This document shows positions 19,401 to 28,900 of a stretch of 57,135 nucleotides of DNA, in pieces; position 1 is the first letter of the stretch; each line of letters opens with the position of its first letter. Source of the DNA: an uncultured bacterium (GTDB lineage: Bacteria; Latescibacterota; Latescibacteria; Latescibacterales; Latescibacteraceae); the NCBI GenBank assembly GCA_964456585.1, contig CAYWBT010000002.1, positions 1 through 57,135 of the forward strand, read 5' to 3'. The notes under the pieces are model-generated. The model searched no databases and had not been told where the DNA came from. It saw only the letters and a program-made list of their open reading frames with translations. Made by a program: the position numbers and the translations under genes.

Positions 19401-19865
19401 CTCCTCCGGAATACCGTGGAGGAGGAATTCACGGGGCTGAATTTCTGGCATCCTCCCTCAAAATGGAGTGCCGCAGTCAACAATAATTCGTACGGAAAGT
19501 ACCGACACTCCACGCACTTCAAGAAGTCCGGTGACGGCAGTCAATTGGTTCGGTGGAAAGCGGACATTCCCGAGACCGGCAAATATGATGTCTACTACTA
19601 TACCCAGAATTTCGCCCAGCAAGGCATGTTCCGCAGGGGGGGGCGGGGACGATTCGGCAATACGGATATCCTCGCAGATCTTTCTTTCACTGTCTATCAT
19701 GATGACGGTACCGAAGAAGTGACGCTGGATCTCAAGGACATTGAGGAGGAGTGGAGCTATTTGGGCACCTATTATTTCTCCCAGGGTCAGGCGAAAATTG
19801 AACTGTCCGACAAATCGAAGGGACGGATCGTCTATGCCGACGCGGTCAAGTGGAAGAAAAAATAG
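16449..19865 (+). CDS. Fusion protein: ABC-2 type permease (about 7 TM), M1 aminopeptidase-like domain lacking HExxH, and a golvesin C-terminal-like domain
   Basis: ORF 16440..19865. The ATG at 16449 lies 8 nt after GAGAGG. About 290 aa of hydrophobic N-terminus. A central region resembles the M1 N-terminal beta and catalytic folds (LELEHHGDTIAVTAEMTLENT..., YPFKRFTVIEVP). C-terminus is GKYDVYYY...VYADAVKWKK. Confidence 0.7.
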   Translation: MLSLYNILSIALYEIKTLSRSWFFRIFSVVTIVILIFLNTVLFITPQSAPWMLRGVSSSIPYLNLMLLNVVQAIIGIFMASDFFKYDRKLDSTQVIYMRSMTNADYVLGKALGVCILFLFINVLILILSFVFNMFFADVPVVFQMYLYYPLLISFPTLVYIFGLSFISMAIFKSQAVTFIILLGYIASTLFFLGGKFHHLFDYMAYQVPLLYSDFVGFGVVSPILIHRGMYLFLGLGFTFATVLFLKRLPQSVIMNRISLILSIALIVGAGALGFVYVSQITSGKELRREMAALNKLSADEPKAAMATCRLELEHHGDTIAVTAEMTLENTTSVPLDTFIFSLNPALIVAQATMGSTDVEYTRNLHLVSVKPTTPLQPGDTANVTLSYHGRIDEEACYVDIDEDIREENYRLFLYNIDKRYAFITPDYLLLTPEALWYPSTGVPYGSGYPNMQNRDFVNYELTVSTAQDLTAVSQGAMERTGEGAFRFRPESPLPQISLSIGQYELKSVTVDSTSYNLYVLKGHDYFSQYFTTIGEKLTESIKEVRQDYERSINGIYPFKRFTVIEVPIQFYAYERAWTLGQEVVQPEQVLLPEKAVMLFSADFKRSRYGFERRGRRDATQTPEEMEQQLFQRFVQNTFITDFFGRRFGSVRRSMGRQGGLSFQRIFFSFLPSFSTNYNVFPNFFTFTTYFHSENYQIFNIILEHYLKGKLENRNVGFMRFIQGISSEELANSALAKETLPEILADPEKKDLVYDVLKMKSDYLFGLIKAEVGAEAFEEFLTEFIAGHTFRTVEVDEFIRAVYENFLLDLEPRLQQWYHVKELPAFLVTGLKCTEIIDFDATRYKVVFTVSNPEPIEGLIRISAMTGGGGRGMGGRGGMSFGGPTPADEEFYILKAHQAKEIGMVLDQPPRILQFNTYISQNIPYQFDQNPGEPQTDDFSEIFEGEQILDDLPLFLEPGEIIVDDEDDGFEILTQQKENAIKKFLLRNTVEEEFTGLNFWHPPSKWSAAVNNNSYGKYRHSTHFKKSGDGSQLVRWKADIPETGKYDVYYYTQNFAQQGMFRRGGRGRFGNTDILADLSFTVYHDDGTEEVTLDLKDIEEEWSYLGTYYFSQGQAKIELSDKSKGRIVYADAVKWKKK

Positions 19866-19921
19866 TAGCAAGGATACAGTTTATTACGTGCACCATCTGA
19901 AAAAAAGGAACGGGTAATCCG

Positions 19922-21418
19922 ATGAAGAATCAAACGCTTACCATGCTTCTTACCAGCATACTCATCACAGCGGTTGTCGTGGCCGCATCTGCAACAATAT
20001 CATATTCTGCAGAGCTGTACACACTGGACACAGCGCTCTCGACCGCAATGGAAAACAGCCCTGATATCAAGCAGACCGAGCTCTCTCTCGAACGGAGCCG
20101 TGAAACGCTCAAAGCCCGGCAGGCGGCATTGAAGTCACAGTTCAGCCTGCAGATAAATCCCTTCTCATTCAACCGCGACCGGACGTTCAGCGAGTTCTTC
20201 TCCACCTGGAATTCAACCGATACGAAGGCATCAGGAGGAACATTCCGGGTGAACCAGCCGCTCGAGTGGACGGACGGAACCATTGCGTTGACCAACAATT
20301 TCAGGTGGCAGAATTCGTATTCCGAGTATACGGACGTTCGGAAGAAAACGTACAATAACAACCTCTATATTGCCTACGAACAACCGCTCTTCACCTACAA
20401 CCAAATCAAACTCGATACGCGTGAGCTCGAGCTCAATTTGGAAAATACTCTCTATACCTATACCATCCAGAAGATGGCGCTGGAACAGTCGGTCACCCAA
20501 GCGTTTTTCGACGTTTTCCAGCGTAAAATGGACCTCGATATCACGGCTGATGAACGCGTGAACCAGCAGCAGAGTTACGATATCATCAAGAACAAGGTCG
20601 ATGCCGGACTCTCGGCCATGGAGGAACTCTATCAGGCCGAACTGAACCTCGCCAGCAGTGAGCTGGCTGTCCAGAACCAGCAGGAATCACTGGATAATGC
20701 CCTGGATTCCTTCAAGGTACTGATCGGCATACCGATATCCTTTGACATAATGGTCGATGCGAGTGTCGTATTTGAGCCGGTCGACATCAATCTCGATACG
20801 GCACTGAACAGCGGCCTGAAGAACCGCCTGGAACTCCGGCAGCGCGACATCAACATTGAGAGGGCACTGCAGAATCTCACCCGAACCGCCGCGCAGAATG
20901 AGTTCAAGGGGAGTTTGACCCTGTCGTACGGCATCACCGGGGAAGACGAACAGTTCGGCAATGTCTTTGAAACACCGACGAAAAAGCAGGCTGTCGGCAT
21001 TTCCTTTGATATTCCCCTCTGGGACTGGGGCGAGAAGAAATCGCGCATGAGGGCATCCGAACTCAGTATTGAACAGGAACACATTTCTCTCGAAGATCTT
21101 CGTAACAACATTATACTTGCCATCAGGCGGGCGCACCGCAACCTGCTTAAGTTCAACAACCAGATCGACATTGCTGAACAGAATGTGCGAAACGCTGGAC
21201 TCACTTACGATATCAACCTGGAACGCTACCGGAACGGCGATCTGACCAGCATGGATCTCAACCTGTATCAAGCCCAGCTTTCCGCGAGAAAAAGTAGCCT
21301 GGTGCAAACCCAGATCAGTTACAAGCTGGCGCTGCTCAACATGAAAATCCTATCGCTCTGGGATTTTGAAAAGAACATGCAGGTTCTGCCGGATAACATT
21401 TTCAACGAAAATAAATGA
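19922..21418 (+). CDS. TolC-family outer membrane efflux protein
   Basis: Signal peptide, then the two-repeat OEP layout. Starts LDTALSTAMENSPDIKQTELSLERSRE and has a later repeat LDTALNSGLKNRLELRQRDINIERA ... ERYRNGDLTSMDLNLYQAQL. Confidence 0.85.
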   Translation: MKNQTLTMLLTSILITAVVVAASATISYSAELYTLDTALSTAMENSPDIKQTELSLERSRETLKARQAALKSQFSLQINPFSFNRDRTFSEFFSTWNSTDTKASGGTFRVNQPLEWTDGTIALTNNFRWQNSYSEYTDVRKKTYNNNLYIAYEQPLFTYNQIKLDTRELELNLENTLYTYTIQKMALEQSVTQAFFDVFQRKMDLDITADERVNQQQSYDIIKNKVDAGLSAMEELYQAELNLASSELAVQNQQESLDNALDSFKVLIGIPISFDIMVDASVVFEPVDINLDTALNSGLKNRLELRQRDINIERALQNLTRTAAQNEFKGSLTLSYGITGEDEQFGNVFETPTKKQAVGISFDIPLWDWGEKKSRMRASELSIEQEHISLEDLRNNIILAIRRAHRNLLKFNNQIDIAEQNVRNAGLTYDINLERYRNGDLTSMDLNLYQAQLSARKSSLVQTQISYKLALLNMKILSLWDFEKNMQVLPDNIFNENK

Positions 21419-21491
21419 GAACATAATCGAACGGGATGACATCATAGTTTTGAAACACGTCATTGAGACATTCTTACCACAGGAGCATACG

Positions 21492-22544
21492 GTGAAACGA
21501 GCACTTTGTATTCCACTACTCATTATCGTTCTTATTGCGGCATGCGGCAGTCCTGAATCGCAGGTTGAAACGGATATCGCAACGCCGGTCTCGGTTCAGG
21601 AAGTCACCTTGAAACCGATCGAGGAGTATGTCACTGCGACAGGTACCGTGAATCCGACACAGGAGGCCGCGTTGAAATCAGAGATGGCCGGATTCTACCA
21701 CCTTGCGATCAATCCACGGATGAAAAAGTCCTTTGCATTCGGCGACATGGTCAAGAAGGGGGATCTCATCATCAAACTCGAAAATCCCGAGCAGGAAAAC
21801 AGCATCAGGATCGAATCTCAACGGCTGAATCTCGACATTTCGAAAAGTGAACACGAGAAACAGCAATCCCTCTACGAGAAGGGCGGTGTCACACTTCGCG
21901 AGCTGAAGGATTCTGAACGGTCGTACCTCGACGCCCAGTATTCGTTCGACAACGCGAACATCCAACTCGAACAGATGAAGGTGATCGCTCCTTTTAACGG
22001 TATCGTCGCTGATATACCCTACTACACCGAGGGAATCAAGGTCGATGCAGGCGCCGACATGGTGCATATCATGAACTACGAGAAGCTTACCATGGAAATC
22101 AACCTCCCCGGAAAGCTCCTCGGGCGCATTTCCGAAGGTCAGCCGGTACGGGTGACCAATTATACGGTGCCGGATAAAAAGCTCAGCGGGATTGTCACCC
22201 AGGTATCTCCCGTCCTCAATCCGGAAACACGGACGTTCAAGGCCACGGTTGTTGTCGAAAACAACGAGCTCATCCTGCGGCCGGGAATGTTTATCAAGGC
22301 CGATGTCATCGTCGCACAGAAGGACAGCACCATTGTCATTCCAAAGGACATCATCATCTCCCGCAGGAACAGGAAAACGGTATTCGTGGTTGAGCGCGGC
22401 ACCTCGATCGAGCGCAGTATCGAGACCGGACTTGAAAATCCCGATGAAGTCGAGATCACCGGCGGGCTGGAAGTCGACGAGCGGCTGGTGGTCGAGGGAT
22501 TCGAGACACTGCGGAACCGTTCAAAGGTGAATATCGTCCGCTGA
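21492..22544 (+). CDS. Efflux RND periplasmic adaptor (membrane fusion protein), lipoprotein
   Basis: ORF 21366..22544 overlaps tolC. The in-frame GTG at 21492 follows AGGAGCA and gives VKRALCIPLLIIVLIAACGS (lipobox). HlyD/AcrA-like: ATGTVNP, coiled-coil region, IAPFNGIVAD, G.V..VSPVLNPETRTF, VPKDII. Confidence 0.8.
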   Translation: MKRALCIPLLIIVLIAACGSPESQVETDIATPVSVQEVTLKPIEEYVTATGTVNPTQEAALKSEMAGFYHLAINPRMKKSFAFGDMVKKGDLIIKLENPEQENSIRIESQRLNLDISKSEHEKQQSLYEKGGVTLRELKDSERSYLDAQYSFDNANIQLEQMKVIAPFNGIVADIPYYTEGIKVDAGADMVHIMNYEKLTMEINLPGKLLGRISEGQPVRVTNYTVPDKKLSGIVTQVSPVLNPETRTFKATVVVENNELILRPGMFIKADVIVAQKDSTIVIPKDIIISRRNRKTVFVVERGTSIERSIETGLENPDEVEITGGLEVDERLVVEGFETLRNRSKVNIVR

Positions 22545-22735
22545 TCCGGACTGCATTTCCCCGGGAACATCCGAGTCGGTTTCACCTGCGGATGAAACGG
22601 GAAAAGAGAAAGACACTTCTGACACGCGAGGTTCTTGATGAGTGCACGGCGGAGAGCATATCGCTTGGGAAACACGTATCACGCTGACTGTTTTTCGGCC
22701 GCACCGTTCATACAACTCAAACAGAAACGAGACTC

Positions 22736-25700
22736 ATGAATAAAATAGCCCGCTTCTCAGTCGAATATCCGATTACGGTCTTTATGATCGTTCTTGCTGT
22801 ACTCTTGCTCGGTTACATTTCGTTCAGCAAACTGGGAATGGATCTGTTTCCCGATCTCAACAATCCGAGAATATTCGTCGAGATCAAGACGGGAGAGCGT
22901 CCTCCCGAAGAGATCGAAAAACAGTTTGTTAAGAACATCGAGGCACTCTCGATCCAGCAGAAGGGGGCGGTGAAGGTCTCCTCGATCATCCAAACTGGGG
23001 CAGCGCTGGTAACCGTCGAATATGCGTGGAACACAAACATGGACGAGGCGTTCCTCAACCTTCAGAAAACGCTCACCTCCTTCACCCAGAACGAGGAGAT
23101 CGACGAACTGGTCATCAGTCAGCACGATCCCAATGCCACACCGATTATCACCCTCGGCCTGTCACATCCGGACATCACTGACATGGATGAACTGCGGCGG
23201 ATTGCGGAAAACTATCTGCGCAACGAGTTGATCCGCATGGAGGGAATCGCCGATGTGGGAATTATGGGCCAGGAGGAGAAGGAAGTCGTAATTTCCACGA
23301 ACAATTACCTGATGAAGGCGTACGGTGTGACTCCATCAACCATCGCCAGCCGCATCGATGAGTATAACCGCAATGTCTCCGGCGGCTCTATTGTCGAGAT
23401 GGGATTGAACTATATCATCAGGGGAGTCGGTGAATTTAACTCTCTCGAAGATATCAGCAATCTCATCATCACCTACAAAACTCCCGAGGTACTCACCAAC
23501 ACCGCTTCTGCTACCGGGGAAAAAACACCGGTCTTCCTGAAGGATATCGCCGAGATCGAGTTCCGGAACAAAAAGCCGGATAACATTGTCCGGATCAATG
23601 GTAAGCGGTGCCTCGGTCTCTCCATCTATAAGGAGACGAAGTTCAATACGGTGAAAATCGTCGATACATTCTTCGAGAACCTCGACGTACTCCGCCGCGC
23701 TCTGCCCGGTTATGAACTGACCATCATCCAGAACCAGGGAGCGTTCATTACCAATGCGATCGATGAAGTCAAGCAGACCGCCCTGATCGGCATCTTCTTC
23801 GCGGTGCTCATCCTGTTTGTATTCCTCCGGCGAATAAGCGCAACCATCATCATCAGCCTCGCCATCCCCATCTCGATCGTCGCCACGTTCAACCTGATGT
23901 ACTTCCGCGGGCTGACGCTGAATATCATGACGCTTGGGGGGCTTGCCCTTGGCGCCGGCATGCTCGTTGATAATGCAATCGTGGTCATGGAAAGCATCTT
24001 TCGTAACCTCGAATCCGGGCTTACGCTCAAGGAGGCGTCGGTCGCAGGCACCTCGCAGGTTGCAGGGGCGATTACCGCTTCCACGGTGACCACGATTGTC
24101 GTGTTCCTTCCCATCGTATACCTGCACGGGACCGCTGGTGAACTCTTCAGGGAGCAGGCATGGACCGTGGCATTCTCGCTGTTGTCATCGCTCGTGGTGG
24201 CGATCCTTGTCATACCGATGTTGAGTACGAAAATCCTTAGGGGAACAGCGAAAACCATGTTGAGAGAACGATCGATCAGGTTCCCCCGTTACAAGAAATT
24301 CCTCTCTGCCGTTCTCGGAATGCGCTGGCTGGTCATCACGGCTGCGGTGGTACTCACCTTCGCCGCCTTCCGTATGATCCCCCTGATCGGAAGCGAATTT
24401 ATGCCCAAGACAGACCTCAACGAATTCTCGATCGATATAAAACTCCCGGAGGGCACCGAACTCTTCCGCACCGAAAATGTGGTCGATAATATCGAAAAGA
24501 ACATCCAGGGAGTCCTGGGGAATAACGTAAAAACAATCTACAGCACCATCGGCCCCAGCGAGGTAGAAAGCACCGATGAGAGCGATGCCCTCAAGGATGA
24601 GAACTCTGCGACGATTAAACTTATCCTCACCGACAATACCCTGATGACGCCAAATATGGTCTTCCAGCATTTGGACGCCATACTCTCGGTAATTCCCGAT
24701 CTCGAATCGAATATCACCCAGGAAGAAACCGTCCTGCAACTGACCCTCGGGACAGAAGCCGCGCCGATCGCTGTTGAAATCAGGGGGGAAGACCTCGAAC
24801 TACTCCAGGAATTGACCGAACAGGCGCGGGAGCAGTTGAGCGCCATCGAAGACCTCTATAACATCGAGACCAGCTTCGACGAGGGCAGGCCGGAGATCGA
24901 AATCCTTCTCGATCGTACACGGGCCGGCCTAAACAATGTGAGCATCAATCAGCTCGGCACAGAGATCCGTAACCAGCTCATGGGAACAAGCGCCGGAAAG
25001 TGGGAGAGCGAGGGTGAAATGCGCGACATCACCATCGAACTGCCGAAAGTCGGGGCACATCAGCTCGAGGACATTGTGATTGCCGCCAACAATCGCGATA
25101 TCTCGCTCTATGAGATTGCAAACATTGGCTACGCTCTGGCACCAAAGGAGATACTGCGGGAAAACCAGACACGCGTGGGAAAGATTACCGCCAATCTGAA
25201 GAAGACACAGCCGCTCGACCATGTTGTCAGTGAAATCAATGAGAAAATGAGCAGTCTCTCGTTTCCTCCGGACTACACGTTCGAGATAACCGGGGAAGAG
25301 CAAAAACGCCGTGAGGCCTTCGACAACCTGAAATTCGCCCTGATCCTGTCGGTGATTCTCGTCTACATGGTCCTGGCATCGCAATTCGAATCGCTCATCC
25401 ACCCGTTTACCATCCTGCTTTCGATACCGCTCGCCACTGTCGGCGCTCTCCTGATCTTTCTCATACTCGGCAGATCGCTCAACATCATGGCATATATCGG
25501 CATCATCATGCTTGCCGGTATAGCGGTCAATGACTCGATCATCCTCGTGGATGCGGTCAACCAGTTGAAGAACGAGGGACTCTCGCGTTTCGATGCGATC
25601 ATCGAGGCCGGGCAACGGCGTATTCGACCGATTATCATGACCAGTCTGACAACCATCCTGGCGCTCCTGCCGCTGACCTTCGGTTTCGGCGAGGGAGCAT

Positions 25701-25834
25701 CACTCCGGTCGCCGATGGCACTCGCGGTGATTGGAGGTTTGATTACCTCCACGCTGCTGACGCTCGTTGTTATACCCTGTGTGTACTCTGTTATGGACGC
25801 ACTCGGGACGCGGTTGTCTTCACTTCTCAGTTAG
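22736..25834 (+). CDS. RND efflux transporter permease (AcrB/HAE1-like), 1032 aa
   Basis: Typical start FSVEYPITVFMIVLAVLLLGYISFSKLGMDLFPDL. 12-TM, two-large-loop layout. GMLVDNAIVVMESI and GIAVNDSIILVD motifs in TM4/TM10. Confidence 0.9.
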   Translation: MNKIARFSVEYPITVFMIVLAVLLLGYISFSKLGMDLFPDLNNPRIFVEIKTGERPPEEIEKQFVKNIEALSIQQKGAVKVSSIIQTGAALVTVEYAWNTNMDEAFLNLQKTLTSFTQNEEIDELVISQHDPNATPIITLGLSHPDITDMDELRRIAENYLRNELIRMEGIADVGIMGQEEKEVVISTNNYLMKAYGVTPSTIASRIDEYNRNVSGGSIVEMGLNYIIRGVGEFNSLEDISNLIITYKTPEVLTNTASATGEKTPVFLKDIAEIEFRNKKPDNIVRINGKRCLGLSIYKETKFNTVKIVDTFFENLDVLRRALPGYELTIIQNQGAFITNAIDEVKQTALIGIFFAVLILFVFLRRISATIIISLAIPISIVATFNLMYFRGLTLNIMTLGGLALGAGMLVDNAIVVMESIFRNLESGLTLKEASVAGTSQVAGAITASTVTTIVVFLPIVYLHGTAGELFREQAWTVAFSLLSSLVVAILVIPMLSTKILRGTAKTMLRERSIRFPRYKKFLSAVLGMRWLVITAAVVLTFAAFRMIPLIGSEFMPKTDLNEFSIDIKLPEGTELFRTENVVDNIEKNIQGVLGNNVKTIYSTIGPSEVESTDESDALKDENSATIKLILTDNTLMTPNMVFQHLDAILSVIPDLESNITQEETVLQLTLGTEAAPIAVEIRGEDLELLQELTEQAREQLSAIEDLYNIETSFDEGRPEIEILLDRTRAGLNNVSINQLGTEIRNQLMGTSAGKWESEGEMRDITIELPKVGAHQLEDIVIAANNRDISLYEIANIGYALAPKEILRENQTRVGKITANLKKTQPLDHVVSEINEKMSSLSFPPDYTFEITGEEQKRREAFDNLKFALILSVILVYMVLASQFESLIHPFTILLSIPLATVGALLIFLILGRSLNIMAYIGIIMLAGIAVNDSIILVDAVNQLKNEGLSRFDAIIEAGQRRIRPIIMTSLTTILALLPLTFGFGEGASLRSPMALAVIGGLITSTLLTLVVIPCVYSVMDALGTRLSSLLS

Positions 25835-25939
25835 GAATGAAGAAGAATCCACGACGGACAGATCCCGGAGTCCGTTTCCCGGCTTGCCCTCCGGGCGAAC
25901 CAGTTCATGTACGATCGATATGAGAGAAACCGTGATATC

Positions 25940-28900
25940 ATGAAATTTATTATAACCCGAAAAGTTTTCATCAGCATGCTGTTTATCGGCGTTACCCTCC
26001 TCGGGTACATTTCATATTCACAGCTGCCGGTGGAACTCCTTCCCAATGCAGAAGTCCCCTTCCTGATCGTCATGGTGAACAGTACGATCGATGTGGATCC
26101 CGATTACCTGGAGAAGGAGGCGATTATTCCGCTCGAGGGAGCGGTCAGCACGCTGGAGGGAATCGACGAAATCGAATCCACCATACAGAGTCAACGCGGA
26201 ACAATCTACGTCTACTACAACCAGAATGTCGAGATCAAGTACGCCTACCTGAAACTCCAGGAGCGGGTGAACGAGATCAAATCCTCCATCTCGGAGGAAT
26301 TCCGCATCAACGTGGTCAAGATCGATACCGAGCGGCTGTCAAACCAGTTCATGACCCTCCAGGTCAGGGGGAGCGGCGGGCAGGAACGGATTCGCTCGAT
26401 TGTCGACGAAAAAGTATCCCCGGAACTTCAGAGCATCGATGGTATCGCAAACGTAGAAATCGTGGGGGGAAATGTCCGGGCACTCGAAATTATTCTCGAT
26501 GAAGACGCCTACAGCCAATACAACATTACGCCCGCGAGGATCAGGTCGCTCATTTCCCAGAATACCCAGAGTAAAACGTTCCTCGGCTGGGCAGGAGAGA
26601 ACGACCGGCGGTACGTTGTCAACCTGCTTACCGAATACACCGATGTGAGCAACATCGAGGACATTATTGTCGTTCCCGAAGGTCCGATCTTGCTCAAAGA
26701 TATCGCGGACATCAACTTCGGTCAGAAGGAACAAGAGTCCATCAGCCGCGTCAATGGCATGGAGGCGGTCTCCATCAGCCTGGTCCGTGACTCGCAAACC
26801 AATCTCATTGAACTCTCCCATACCACAGTAGTACGTATCAGCGAACTGAACGAACGGCTCGCATCCCAGGATATCGAAATCGTCATCCAGACCAACACCG
26901 CCGCGGATGTGGAGGAGAATATCAACCTCATCATCGAACTCGCGCTTATCGGCGGCGCATTGGCGGTGGTCATTCTTTGGTTCTTCCTCAGAAACCTGCG
27001 GCTTGTGCTTATCATGATGCTGGCGATTCCGATCTCGGTGTTTACCGCATTTAACTTCTTTTACGCGTTCGGCATAAGCCTCAACAGCTTTACCCTCGTG
27101 GGAATCGCTCTCGCAGTGGGCATGCTCCTCGATAACAGCGTGGTTGTCCTCGAGAACATCTACCGGCTCGTAGAGAACCGAAAAGATAGCGATACCGCGG
27201 TTATTCAGGGGACACGCGAGGTCTGGCGCGCCATACTCGCGGCAACCCTCACCACGATAACCGTGTTTCTGCCATTCGTGTTCTCCACAAACTACCTGGT
27301 AAGACTCATCGGACGCCATGTCGGCGTTTCAATCATCTCGACTCTCCTCGTCTCACTCGTGGTGGCGTTGCTCCTCGTACCGATGGCAACCCACTTCTTC
27401 CTCAAGCGGCGGCCCCGTGAACGGAGCTTTAAGTTTCACCGTATATCACAGCGGAACCGCCTGGTTCAGATATATACCCTCCTGTTGAAAACAGCAATGC
27501 GGTACCCGGCACAGACGATCATCGGTGCGGTCGTTGCCTTTTTTGCGAGTATTCTCATCTGCATGTCTTTGAGCATGACAGTGCCGAGCGAGATCGATCT
27601 CACGGAGTTCAACCTGTATGTGACCATGTCGCGCGGTTCCACCCTCGAAATGACCGATACGATCGTTGCGGACTTCGAAGAAAAAATCTCGGGTATAGAG
27701 GAGATTAAGGATATCGTCTGCACTATCTATGACGAAGAAGCGAACATCACGGTTATTCTGAAAGACGATTTTGAATCGATCGCGAACAGAACCATCGCGC
27801 AGATTAAAAACGAAATCGAGGAACAGGCTGATAATTTCCGCGCGGCCGACATCAGCATGTCCGAGCCCCAGTCGAGCAGGCGTTTCGGGGGCGGTATGCG
27901 GAGTAATCCCATGGCATCCCTGGAACGGATGTTCGGGATCGGCAGTCCCCAGGAAAAGGTCGTGGTCAAGGGCAACGACTTCGGCATGATCCGCACGGTC
28001 GCAGAAGATGTCAAGTACTACATCGACAATCTCGAGTCGATAAACAACGAGGCACGGTTGAGTATATCGGGAAACCGCCCGGAAATACACCTGCTCTTCG
28101 ACAACCAGCTTCTGAGCCTGTACGACATCTCCCTGAACAACATTGCCGCGGAGTTGTCATCGTTCCAGCGAGAGTCAACCACCAATATGAAGTTCAAGCA
28201 GGGAACCGAGGAATACGACATCATCATCAAAACCAATGAGCCCGAAGAGGAAAAAACGTTCGCGGATCTCAAGGAACTCCCGGTACCAGATCGTGCAGGA
28301 GCGCCCCATGTCCTCGAAAACGTGAGCCGGATCATCTACTCGTACGGCACCTCGGAAATTACCCGCATCAACCAGGAGAAGCAGGTCGAGGTATCGTTCA
28401 GTTTCCTGGAAGACATCACCGATTCCAAAACGCTCCTCGGCGAATCGCGTGAAGAGGTCGAGGACCTTATCGCCAGCATAGCGCTTCCGCCGGGTGTCGC
28501 GGTCGAGCTGGTTCACGATGAAACTGAGTACAACGAGTTCTACTACCTTATCGCTGCGGCCTTTATCCTGATTTACATGATTCTTGCCTCGGTGTTCGAA
28601 TCCCTCTCGACCCCGGTTGTCATGATGTTCACAATCCCCCTCGCCGCGATCGGGGCGTTCTGGGCGCTGATTTTCACCGGCAATTCGATCTTCAACGCCA
28701 ACTCGCTCATCGGGCTTCTCATACTCCTGGGGGTGGTGGTCAATAACGGGATTATTCTCATCGACTATACCCGTATACTTCGTGTGCGCGGGCTCGGCCG
28801 GACGAGGGCGCTCATGATGGCCGGCCAAGCGCGTGTTCGTCCCATTCTCATCACCACGATCACGACAATCTTCGCCATGCTGCCCCTCGCCATGGGAAAT

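Noticed and set aside
18717-19451. 244-aa minus-strand ORF inside the giant permease fusion gene
   Set aside because: It is antisense to the coding frame that continues uninterrupted into the golvesin-like C-terminus, and it has no independent support.
21366-21491. ORF-track start of the MFP gene overlapping the tolC 3' end by 53 nt
   Set aside because: The first 42 codons are not MFP-like. The in-frame GTG at 21492 has an AGGAGCA Shine-Dalgarno and yields a lipoprotein signal peptide ending in the AACGS lipobox.
23336-24258. Long antisense ORFs (263 aa and 182 aa) inside RND-1
   Set aside because: They lie opposite a strongly supported RND coding frame. The products are Asp/Arg/Gly-rich low-complexity sequence with no domain signature.
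26339-28828. Antisense ORFs 26339..27319 (326 aa), 27446..28090 and 28175..28828 inside the RND::NBD gene
   Set aside because: Same reasoning: these are shadow frames of a well-supported sense gene.
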